Part shown: in pieces, positions 38,101 through 50,059 of the stretch
Layout of the letters: every line of letters begins with the position of its first letter
How positions within the stretch are numbered: position 1 is the first letter of the stretch
Translations under genes and position numbers: made by a program
Assembly: GCA_030141605.1 (NCBI GenBank)
Contig: JAQGDQ010000179.1
Location: forward strand, 372,001-436,000
Length of the DNA: 64,000 nucleotides
Source of the DNA: Tubiluchus corallicola
Lineage: Eukaryota > Animalia > Priapulida
Direction: 5' to 3'
Notes under the pieces: generated by a model
Told to the model about the DNA's origin: nothing
Seen by the model: only the letters and a program-made list of their open reading frames with translations
Databases searched by the model: none

Positions 38101-41100
38101 GAATATTGGTTAGCTAAACAAGCTTTATCTCACCTTCAGCGTTGATACCAAAAGACGACATAACTTTTTGTTGATCAGGATTAGGAGCAACGTGTCCTTT
38201 GTTCAGTGGATCAAATTCCTTACTTTCCTTTTTCACAGTTAAATTTTGTTCTTCTGAAATAAGTAAGTACCTTGAAATTTCAGAAAATAAATTTAGTAAA
38301 GAAGATTGTGAATAGGGGTGAGCAAATGCCCCATGAAATAGAATTCCTGTTGAATAAAATTTTCAGTTTTCGAATTCGAATCATATTGAATTTCAATATT
38401 TCGAATCTGAATTCAGTATTAAAGATATGAGAATAAATTTAGAATAAGTAACAAAAATCATAATGTGGACAAGAAACACAGTTTAGTCTCTGAGATGACT
38501 GTACATGTATAGCATCATGGCACTAATTTACTTTAAGATTATAATGAATTCTTTATGTAGCGAAAATTAAGACTCACAGTAAAAATAGTTTGGTGCACTT
38601 CTAGTGACCAAAAATAGTTCTAGTGAATCTACTCTAACTTACTGTTTTGAGCCTTAAATTGCATGTATGTAAATTGCCAGATGACTCATTAAACTTAAAG
38701 GATATCAGATAAGCACTTGCTTCTAGAAGCCATTCTAACAAGACAAATATTTTCTAAATTACTATAATAGGACTTGCAATGCAGCACATTGCTTTTATTC
38801 TATTGTAAAAACTAGTAATAATTTGAAAAATAACAGTGCACAAAAACTGAAGCTATATTCTTCTCACAGCATGATAGGTCAAATGTTTTAATGTCAAAGA
38901 ACAAAATTAAATTGGTGTTAAATTATTCAAATTCATTATTTGAGGTCCAAATCACAAAAAACTCACAGAAATCGTTTTTGAATGTTCGAACTTGAACATT
39001 CAATTGTGACCCTAATTGCAACTCAATGTGTAAATTTAAATCAAATTGCTGTCCAAAGTGAAATAACAATTTTAATGATACATCAATGAAAATGCTTTTA
39101 AAAGTATCAAGTAGCCCTGCTGTTAAAATTTAAGTTCAATTTTTTAACACCAATGATGAAAAATGAAAGCTTAGATTTAGAAGAATGGCATACATTTGTG
39201 TAAATATATTTATATTATAAACGCATTCTATATTTAATTTTTCAGCTTGCTGGAATGAAACTATTTTTTGCTATTTTACAAAATTAACAGGCAGCAATTT
39301 ACCTTTTGCTTTTTCCTCATCTGTTGTACTATTAACAACAGCAACAGGCACCTCTGGCTCAAGCGTGTCTAATAAAAAGTTCACTCTGTCTCTGATGTGC
39401 TGCAATTCTTGGCGGATGTTCTTCACTTGGTCACTTTCTATAGGCCGTGGCTTGTCATTCACTAAAACAGAAAGATTTTGTCAAACTTTGCTCATTGTAA
39501 CATAATCGCATAAATGCATGAAAGCAATACTACATTAGAATATCTCAAGACGGGGACTTGGACCCAAGACCTTCCGTTTTCCAGGCAGGAGATTATTGTA
39601 TGGTGTGTCAAGAGTCATACACCATGAAATTACTCACATTTATTAGCAGGTGATGCTCAATGTAATAAAAATAGACACATTCTAAATCACTAGTTTAGCG
39701 TGTACCAGAATAGCAGGACAGTTTTACACAAAAACATGACATTCTAGGCCAACTTGATTAACTTAAAAATCCCAGATTGCCTCATAAAATTTCATAATTT
39801 ATCAACAAAAATCTTATTAGCAGCACAATTTTTACAAATACCTCAGCAATGCATTATAATGAAATCTTACCAAATATGGTGAGCTTCAAAATTCTGCTGC
39901 ATTGGATGGCAAAAGAAACATCAGAACTATCAAATAGGGTAACAAAGTCACCATCTGGAATAAAAAAATTAATAACACCATTTTACTTTTCATAATTCAA
40001 CAAGTGCTACCATGAAATTATTAGTCCTATGCAAGAAGTACCTTAGATGTTGCAGAAATGAAAATAAATGTAAACAAACGGCTTATTAAACCTCTTTCTC
40101 TAGATATCGTACACATTAAATTTAGTTAGCTGCTTCAAAACATGGAATACGGACTAAAAAGAAAGCTTATGGCTTACTCAAAGAAACTTAGTTTCTTATA
40201 TAGTTAACTCATTCTCTCTGAAATATATGGACGGTTACAGATGTAAAAACAGCACAAGTATGACATAAAGAGCAAAGCAGAAATTTTATAATGATTTTGT
40301 TTTTTGAATAATTTTTAATTTTCCCTTAAATTGTTGCCCTCAAATATCAGAGGTGACCTAGTTTTTTGTGAATTATTTCATAATCACTTACCGGCTTTGA
40401 CGAAAATGTGATGAAGACTATAATTAATTTGATGAGCTCAACTCTTGCATTTACCGTATTTTCCCATGTATAAGAGACCCTTTTTTGCTCAGAATTTTCA
40501 CTTTAAAAATAGGGGGTCTCTTATACATGGGAGTAAGCCAACCCTTGGAGAAGTCTGCAGCTGGGTCCTCAAGGCATGGAATGGTGTAAAGCCAGAGGTC
40601 ATTATTAAATCTTTCAAGAAGTGTGGCATCTCCAATGCCATGGACGGCACAGAGGACAATGCCATTTTTGAGCAGAGTGACTCCTCTGATGATGAACTGG
40701 CTGGAATTGCTGAAGGTCTGACTCCAGTTGATATTTTTGATGAGAGTGATGAGGAATTTAATGATTTCTATGATGAATAAAGTTATTCATTACCAAAAAA
40801 CTTTTTTCCAGAATTTTTGCCTAAAAATTGAAGGGGTCTCTTATACACAAGGGTCTCTTATACATGGGAAAATACGGTACTTGCTACCTCATTTTAAAAA
40901 CAAAACAAAACGAACGACGGCTTTCTTTTAATTTTGTAGCGCCCAGCCAGAAGAGCAACAGCATTCGGATGTTGAAATAACAAAAGAAATATAATTTAAT
41001 AATAATAAGTCCATTTCACGTGTGAGATGACTACTTATTGATAGAGAAATTAGACAGAACCGAGAAATTAAGAGAAATCTGTTCAAAAAATCCACACATA

Positions 41101-41855
41101 ATCACTTTTTATCATTACCTAAAAATGGATTAATTTTCAACAAATTTTGTGTTTATTACAATTTTAAACAATCGGTCCTATAACACCAAGCTTATTGTTC
41201 AAAACTAGCATTTAATCTTGAATGGATAAGGAAAACTTAGCCAAAATTTGTAAGAGTTTATTTATAAATTAACAAAGAATAAATTTAAAGTGAAATACGA
41301 ATGATCCAACAAATAAGAAAAAAGAAACGATGAGATGTCTCCAACAAATAAGAAAAGAAAATGATGAAATGTCTAACATTAAATACATGTAGTAGTTTAC
41401 CTTCGTCTTTCTGTTTAATGGTAATATCATCACTAGTTTCAATTTTTCCACGAAAAACTCGTTGCATCATAAGAATAAGTTCATCATATGTTATGTCATC
41501 ATTGTAAACAGGAATTCGTCTGATATCATCTCCAAGTTGAGCCTAAATAATACAAACAATTGCAACATACATTTGAAATACAATGTTATTACATTTGCAA
41601 AACGCTTATTATCCGTAGGAGGGCGTCAATGTGTAAAACTTGCTTGGAGCAGACGGATGTCCACTATTTCAGTATAACAGGACAAATGCAGGATTAAAGG
41701 ATTAATGTTATTTCTTCAATGATTCAATATGGTTGCAGGAAAAAATTGGTCACAAATGTTAAGACTCTCAGCTCGAATGTAAGCATGATTACCTTTATAA
41801 TCAGTTTACCAGAAAGATCTATTGCCGGGCAGTTGTTCACTTGTCGACCATCCAT
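35157..41855 (-). CDS. TFG: TRK-fused gene protein (PB1, coiled coil, PQ-rich tail), ~381 aa; coding exons 41855-41793, 41542-41401, 39954-39871, 39461-39303, 38253-38134, 37216-37019, 36466-36254, 35323-35157
   Basis: DLSGKLIIK|[33 protein letters not shown] closely matches the TFG PB1 domain; FDPL, VMSSFG and C-terminal GNPYSR are present. Splice phases are consistent; AATAAA at 34997-34992. Confidence 0.96.
38313..39014. mobile_element. Old hAT-like MITE in a TFG intron
   Basis: taggg...cccta termini with ttcgaa-rich subterminal motifs; TSD only partial (attgtgaa / attgcaac). Confidence 0.45.
40454..40877 (+). mobile_element. Internally deleted pogo/Tigger-like DNA transposon
   Basis: Perfect TIR ccgtattttcccatgtataagagaccc, TA TSD, repeated gggtctcttatac subterminal motifs. 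Residual peptide [32 protein letters not shown] plus acidic tail is typical of pogo transposase C-termini. Confidence 0.92.
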
Positions 41856-42549
41856 AGTACTTGGTTTTCAGGTGACTCACAAGTATTAAATAAATCTGAA
41901 AAACAATATAGCAGTGACAGAAAGCATGTGAAATGGTGAATAATGGCATTAAAGTAAATTGCCTAAGTCTCAAAATAATGAAAGCTCAGCAATGTAATTT
42001 TCTATAAAGTCAGATACACTGCAAGACAGAATCTAACACTGGTAAGATGGGACACTACAGAAACTAACTAAATGCCAAAAATAATCCCAGACTGACAAGA
42101 AGTGCTGGATCCACTGAGTTTTTAAAAATACTTTAGTCACTTTAATGTGCAAGCTCATGGCCAAATGTACCTAATGCGTAATGCCCCACGAATTCTCCGC
42201 ACTATTTTTTCTAAATAAAGGAGTTCATTCAAAATAAGCTGTTTAGAAACAAAATGAACATGATTCATGTCTTTTTCGAACAGACACGGACAGATACAAA
42301 TTCAGGTTTACAAATTAAAACTGGTGAAGTTCAAATATTGATAAATCATGCTGCATTCATTGACACACTGAATTTCGTAGAAAATGTGCATAAAAGAGCA
42401 AAATCTAGGTACCAACAAAAATGGAGTTCGTTCCGACACAAATATAGCCTTTGCATAGGCGAACAGCATATCACTAGTTCATTGTTCATCCGATTTTGAT
42501 TTTTTCAACACATTTTGTACATGATGTTCATAAATGATTGTAATTCGTA

Positions 42550-43300
42550 CCTCGAGGGTTTGACTGAATACAATTAAATGAGTTAGCAGTATAGTATATC
42601 AGAAGAAATCATGGAGGTCCATCAAGAGCAGAGTGTTCCCCAACAAGACGGAACTGTAATAGGGTCAATACTATTCCTAATGTACACCAACAATTTACCA
42701 GATAATTACAACTCATAAGTGAAACTGATTTTAGACAATAATCTACAGAACATTCATGTCACATAGGAACAACTGTGGACTGTAAAGTAATGTAAACTTA
42801 TTAGACAAATGTGCACATACTTACTAAATGCCTTTCAAAGTGGAAAAGTGCAAGGCCCTCCATTTAGGGAAAGACAGCGCAAGTCACTACTACATGTGCA
42901 ACAATACAAATCAGTCAGTTCAAGTAACAACATTGACAAAGCACAAGACTTAGGAATTGTAATCGACCAGTTCCTCGCATTTGATGAACACATCGACGAA
43001 ATATCAAAACGAGCTAGGAAACAATTATAAATGGAAAGGCGATGTTTACCTATGATATAGCTATTTTGTACAAAACATTCATAAGACCAATTCTGAACTA
43101 CGGTGATATAGTTTGGCGGAAAGTCACTAAGTTAGTACCAAAAACTAGAGATCTATCAAAGCAGAGAGAATGCAGACATTGAAGTTACTATCCCTACGTT
43201 TCAGAAAAGGTGACAACATCATGCTCTATTGCATCTCTATTAAACAACCGCAGAAGAATGGTAATTCAATTCAAATTTATTTTCTCAATAGCAGTAAAAA
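42550..43300 (+). mobile_element. Decayed CR1-like LINE RT fragment
   Basis: Remnants of VPQ..G.ILFLMYTNNLP (~42630-42700), DLGIVIDQFLAFDEHIDEISKRA (ORF 42809-43030) and LYKTFIRPILNYG (~43065-43105). Confidence 0.75.
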
Positions 43301-43559
43301 TTCGACATAATTATTTTTACATTTCATTGCAATTGAGGAGCAGCGAAAGACCTATAGGTCACTTGATCAGCTGCCCCTTATTAAAAATACAAGCTTACTT
43401 ACAGGCGCATGACATTTTTAGGTGTTTTCATATATATATATAAAAAACATTATAGTATTAAAAATAGATTTGGTATTAAATTAAGTACTAAGTAGCAGAA
43501 ATGTATATTTAATCTAGTCAAATTTTTAAAGGGCAGAAAAATAGTAAACGAGAATTTCA

Positions 43560-43880
43560 AAAAAAAATTTCAATCAAGCAAAAGCAACAAATATCAACTC
43601 AAAGCAGAAACGCAATTCAACGCATAACAAAGCATAACATCAAGCAAAAAATTAATGGAATTCAATGTAGAGCAAAAAATAATATTGAACAAAAGCAACA
43701 AAAATCAACTCAAAGCAAAAACGCAATTCAACTCAGAATAAAAGGAAGTTATCACAAGCAATGCAAAACGGAATTTAACTTCTAGCAAAAAATTTATATC
43801 AAACAAAAGCAACAAAATCAAGCTCAAAGCGTAAAGAAAATAATTTAAACGTAAACAAAATCAAACTCAAAACGTAAACA
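43560..43880. repeat. A-rich degenerate tandem repeat (~113-bp period, ~3 copies)
   Basis: aaagcaacaaa..tcaa.ctcaaagc recurs at ~43580, ~43692 and ~43806. Confidence 0.6.
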
Positions 43881-44689
43881 AAATAATTTCTCATCAAATC
43901 CACATGAAGTGAGATATAAGGTCACTAAACCTAGATGTTGAAACAAGAACAGATTAATTTCCAGAGTGACAATGAGCGGAAATCCCTCACTACATCGATA
44001 TGGAGCACCACATCAACAAGTCAATTTACAAAAAATCGGGCGTACCATTTGGTACGTACTGGGACTAATATTCAGCGAAGTTCCACGATCCGTTCCAGCC
44101 CAACTGGACAATATACGTCTTTTAAAAATTCAATCATTCTACCGTCTTAAACTTTCATTGAACAACCACTGACCAGTTTTTCTCAGAATACCACAGCAAC
44201 CACCACTAGGCGGCACTTTCACGAGAAAGACAATCTCCAAGAAAAACAAAAATAACAAACGCAAGACAGAAAGTGAGAGACAAAACGATAGGCGGAGGAA
44301 TAAGGAGAGAAAAACAAGGGACAAAAAGGCAACAGGCTATATAAAGTCTTCGCCCCATAAAACTACGGTAATGTTTTCTTTATTTAAATGAAACCTAAAG
44401 CAATACTTTGGTGAGGTTACCTGCTAGCAAGTACAAGATTCTACAACAATATAAATTTCAGCAAAACTAATATTAACAAGCTTTACGTATTTTCATTAAG
44501 AAACTAATTAAGAAAAACCGACACCGTGTCAGAAAGTGACTCACCAGAAGCAATCGATTACTGATTTTAATTGCACACAGAGGCTCTTGCCAAACGCATT
44601 TAATTCAATTTCGTTTCTTTGCACAAAAACCTTGGCACAAGGCCCACAACAGTGCCACAGGCAAAGTTGATGTTATACTATTATGAATA

Positions 44690-44900
44690 TGCGGTTAAGC
44701 GAGTACAGGCATAGAAGCCCCATATTTTCCCGCACAAAACTGTTGATTAAGGATTTAAAATTTACTGTGGTTGCTGCGGCAATCACCATGACAGGCAGAT
44801 TATTCCATCCATCCACAACTCTCACAGAAAATGAATATTTGCGAATGTCAAGACGAAAAAATGTGTAAAAGATATGTGGTGTAAATTTGAAATCAAGTTG
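44690..44900 (-). mobile_element. 3'-end fragment of a CR1-like LINE
   Basis: RLDIRKYSFSVRVVDGWNNLP..VIAAATTVNFKSLIN is the characteristic CR1 ORF2 C-terminus. Confidence 0.75.
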
Positions 44901-45682
44901 ATCGTGTCGATGGTCTCGCAAACACACACTTTATATTGTGTTTGTTTGCTCGCCACAGGTGGTGAAGCGATCGAGCGTGTCCACCACATCCACGGCACAG
45001 TGCACCATGCTATGTGGCATGTACTGAACATTAACATCACGATCACTATCAAAATCAGTTCAAGTTTAAACTTCCAATTACAAAAATTACTCAATTATTT
45101 ATTTATTTGTATGATTTTCAGATTTTTTGATGGACGCCACACTGTCAAGTGTCGGCGAACTTATAAGAAAAATGCAAAATTGATCATCTTTTTGCAGTTT
45201 TTGTTAATGCAGTGAAACGCAATTATAGTCCCTAACGCAATTTCGCGAAACATGCAAACAATGAAACATGATAAAATAAATTTGACGACCAAGCACAGGT
45301 TAACAGAACGTTCTTTGCACTCCATGGACGTCCGCATCAAGCACATCTATAATTTATGATTAAGATTAAGAATAACATTAAGATTATTTATTTATTTATT
45401 TCCATTAAGTTTGACAGTACATAATAGACATAATATTAATGTTATAACAGTTTAGCAAACTGGTAAGTATTCGTTGGTCTAGCCTACTAGAAGTGATGTT
45501 AAAAAGAATGGTTAATTATCGTGTAGAAAAGTACATGACTGGATTAGAGTATAGTAAATTGTCTTTAGAAATTTGATCATTGAAGTTCATTTTCAGCATA
45601 ATAAAATGAGAAGTAAAAAGTATTGATATCAAGTGTGATAAATTAAGCAAAAACAAAATTAAATAATATAACATGATATATG

Positions 45683-45685
<3 letters not shown>

Positions 45686-45750
<65 letters not shown>
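45686..45750. repeat. (AAT)n microsatellite
   Basis: Seen directly. Confidence 0.95.
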
Positions 45751-47599
45751 GAGCATAACACACGAGAAGCACCATTTTCTATGAGAACAACAATTGTGGA
45801 AGTGAATACAGGCATAAAACTCAAGTTTGTGTAACGTACAATGAAATAAGGCGAAATTAAACCAAATTATAAAAAAATCTATTGAAGGAAATAGCTCAAA
45901 TAAGGCTTGAATTAAAAAATTTAAACATTACCAGTGATAATATGTAATGGAAATTTTGGACAGTAAAAAAATGATATTGGAGCAAAATAAAAGCCTGTCA
46001 AAAGAAACACGCCAAAACAACTCAAAATGACTCAAGACTAAAGTAAAATTGTAAAACTTTTGACTTTCGTAGAATTGTGAATCTGACTGCAAACAAAGAA
46101 GCACAAAAAATTCAAAGAAATGAAACAAGACAAAATAACACTGATTTGGTTAACATTTAATTGGTGGTAATTATATAGCTGACAATAATTCTCTTTTAAA
46201 TCTTTCAGCTAAAGCACCGGAGTTTGTGATAATGAGGAAGCGATGAGTTCCATAGTTTTACGTCCTCGGCGGTATTTTAGCGATTTCAGACCCAGCAAAA
46301 CATTGAAACGTTTAACGTAATAAAAATTATTTGCAGCAGACCTAGCTTGTATGATGTGTATGAATATTAGAAACAGTGGTGAAACAATTTGCATCTAGTC
46401 CAGGAAGTAATAATTGTTGCTCACATTGAAGCATAAATTTAGCAAGTTTTAATTTATGAATGTTATTTAGTTTGAGTATAAGCCGAGTTTAGAATAATGA
46501 GTGGCATATTCTCTAAATTTGGCAAACATAATTATTCTAACTATTTTATTTTGCTGGGTAGTCAAAGCAACGCCTTTAGCCTCCTCACCAGATCCACACT
46601 GCGCCATATTGATGTATGTCTGCACAATATCTGCAACGTTAATTTTAAAATTTGGAATAATCCGGAAAAAACAAATGAATTTACAAACGTATGTATCAGT
46701 TATTATGTCATAATAAAAACAGTAACAGACACACTAAGGGTTGAATTTTATTGCGAATTATTGTACTTCACTAGCCATAAGGCCTTTCTTATTTTGCAGC
46801 TAAAATTAATATTTACGTCTGGACAGCAGGCATTTAGCAAAAAGCACAGTGGTGAAATAGTAAAGCAAAAATTTTATTCAGGGGAATGGAATCGCCGCTC
46901 TTGCGCAAAACTTAATTGTGACTGTCAATAATTTTCTGCTTGTTCTTTTGTGTATAGCTGTTTCTGAGTCCGCAGTATATACAAAGAAAACATCCAGTCC
47001 ACTTTAGTAAATCTGTAACATTCTCAATTAAATCCTCGTCCGTTTACACTTTTTTAACTTAACTATTCAAGTTGGTTTTGGTTTGCCAGGTGGTATTTGC
47101 AAAATTTTACTGTTTCCTTAAAGCGATTCTTGCTGGTGTACTCATTTGGCAATTTGAGAAGGTGTTCCAGCTATTTTAGTCTTTGGAACTGGATTTTTGA
47201 ACTCCAGGGAATTTCTCTCATTCTAGTGGTAAATCTTTCATGATTACAAACGGAGTCAGCCATTTTATCTTTAAAACTGTCCGCGGATTTTGTCTCAATT
47301 CATCACTATGGTTCACCATGCTTGCCTTTGCCACTTAGTCAAAGCGCCTTAGTCCAAGGTTTACGCTTTGTGACAAATCCATAATCAGTTAGTCAGTCAC
47401 GTGGCATAGCAGACAGTTTTTGAACTTTTGATTGCAAATTTCATGGTAAGATCATCATCTAATTTATTATATTATATATCAAGTAAACAGTGTAATAAGA
47501 ACTACTACTACTAAATAGCAATTGCCATAGGGAGGACGAAATAAATTTAATTATAGCCTGCAGTGGCTGCCATCACTACCGTAGTCACATCCTTCTTGC

Positions 47600-48000
47600 T
47601 TAGTTACCTTCACAACATCAATTCGTGCACAGTGAACTTGGCTACGGTTTTGAGTCAGGAACCAAAAATACCGTGAAAATTTTGTGACATGAAAATGGCG
47701 GCTTGTAAATCTCATGTTTTTATCGTACTAGTTCTGATATTTATAATCATATCTAACTAATGGAAACACTGAAAGTTTGAAAAAATTGGTGATTTCGTGA
47801 GAGAACGACGTATTTTATTAATTAGTATGGGCCAATCAAGCCTAGTTGACCGTTTCCACCCCACATTGTGAATTCACGATCTACAGCCACCGAAGTCAGA
47901 AGAAATGTGTAAAACTTGTCAGAAAAATGACCTGCATACATGTATGTAGTGAGATAGTTGTATCCTACTAAGCTATGAGAACGGTGAACAGGTCAAGTAA
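47600..48000. promoter_or_regulatory. Putative bidirectional promoter and non-coding first exons for TFG (-) and C15orf48-like A (+)
   Basis: Minus-strand donor AAG|GTAACT at 47608, YY1-type AAAATGGCGGC at 47692-47702, GGCCAATCA at ~47830, and candidate plus-strand donors at ~47991-47997. TSSs are not verifiable. Confidence 0.45.
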
Positions 48001-48551
48001 AAGTTCATGAGAGTTGATAGACTAGGGTTGATTAGTAATGGTAAATGTAGAATGTTCAGTGGAAGGGTAAAGGAGTGGGTTTAAGTTGTGTCGGTTGTGC
48101 TGGGTGGTTACATTTGGATGTGAGCATATTGGAAAAAGTTCTAATAGAATGTTACTGTAATTTTTTCTTTTTATGGCTTTACAAATTTAAATAGATTGTA
48201 CTAAGCACGTGGCATTAAGGGCGTTTATACATGCACTTACATTTTTACAGGATTCAAATTTCTAGTAATCGCAGCATTCTAAATCTTGTCTTGCAAAATT
48301 ACCTGTAGTAACTGCCGTAGAATAGCTGGTTGGAAATCTAAAATCAATTTTATAACAGACAACCACATGTCCCTGATTGTACATGGTTGACCATCTCATT
48401 TATTCTTTACACACTTTTGTTATGACTAAGCATTATGCAGCGCCTGCAAAAAAATGAAATTTGTTTGATAAAATTAGATATAATTAAGTATAACGGCATA
48501 AACATATACATGAGATAATTTGCCATTTCTTTCAGGCATTGATAATGGTTA

Positions 48552-49661
48552 AATTTTAGTTTGAATGTATAATTGTTGCGAGATCTACAATGTCGCAAAT
48601 ATTCAAGATCAACATTTACTTGTGTTCTAAGATTTGTGGTTGTAGGCCTACAGAAATGCAGTGTAAACTTGTTGGTTATACAATTTTTTGTAAATCTTTA
48701 CTACTATTCATTTTTCCTAGGCCAAATTTAATTAATAAACATTAATAAATGTATTGAATAACTGTGCACTGTATAGAGTATACTGTCTTTAAAGACCTCT
48801 TTTAGTCTTTTCTTGCAAAATTTGGAAATGTCTCAAGCATTTCTTAATGTCTAGTAAACTACATCTATATGTTCCGTGTTCTGCTTTTTTGCATCTCTAG
48901 GTCAGTGTTCTCCCTACTGAAACAAAAATGTCTGACAAATTTCGGGAGATTAACAAAGGATATAAGTCGTTTGGATTTGGATTAAAAGCTCTAGGAAAAT
49001 ACTACGAGGTAAGTCTAGTTGACATAATTGTACTGAACAAGTGAAAAGTTCCTCTAACTAATGAAAAGGTGGCAACCTTAAATTTGACTTGAACATATCA
49101 CTGATGACATTTATAACAATTAGTATTAGGTTGCAGTGCATGCATGGCAAAGTGGGTTAAAGATTCACTATAAGACAAAAGATGTCATTGTAATCATCAT
49201 CGTCATCATCATCATCAGCAGCAACAACAGCAGCATCGTCATCACATATGTGGCAAAATAATTATTCAATATCAATCTGTATTGACCATCTGTATCAGTA
49301 GCTGTTAATTAACTAAAGTATTGTTTTTTCAGCTTATTCCGATCACTGCAATAATAGGTTTGTTAAGTGTCGGAGTGGCTGGCTTTTCCATATACAGCCT
49401 CTTTTACAAGCCTGATGTTGTGTAAGTGACCTTTGACCTTTTCAACCTCCAAGTTAGGGTTCAAAAGTTATGTTCTCTTGCTTTGACCTATCTCTGTGTT
49501 AAGTTTGATGATTGTAATTACACCAATTTTGATTTTCTTGTCTGGACAAACATTACACAGACACGATTAAACCCACTACCCCTGCTATACCGACTGCATT
49601 TTTTATGACATTTAAATGTTTATACGCCAGAAGCATTATATATGGATTTTAGACGATAAAC

Positions 49662-49727
<66 letters not shown>

Positions 49728-50059
49728 TATTAGCAGAACATATAGATGTAGTTTACAAGACATTAAGAAATGCTTGCGACATTTCCAAATTTTGCAAGAA
49801 AAGAGGTCTTTAAAGACAGTATACTCTATGCAGTGCACAGTTATTCAATACATTTATTAAAGTTTATTAATTAAATTTGGGCTAGGAAAAATGAATAGTA
49901 GTAAAGATTTACAAAAAATTGTATAACCAACAAGTTTGCACTGCATTTCTGTAGGCCTACAACCACAAATCTTAAAACGCAGAATGACAATGTAAATGTT
50001 GATCTTGAATATTTGCGACATTGTAGATCTCGCAACAAATATACATTCAAACTAAAATT
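48552..50059. repeat. Long inverted repeat, arms 48552-48885 and 49732-50059
   Basis: The arms are reverse complements over ~330 bp with few mismatches and short indels. The right arm is flanked by (TTA)n sequence on both sides. Confidence 0.97.

Noticed and set aside
44203-44216. CTCF-like motif CCACTAGGCGGCAC
   Set aside because: A single motif among repeat remnants; cannot be supported from sequence alone.
46200-47400. Possible decayed transposon (coding-like minus strand, CACTATG at ~47304)
   Set aside because: Stops throughout, no recognisable domain and no matched terminus or TSD.
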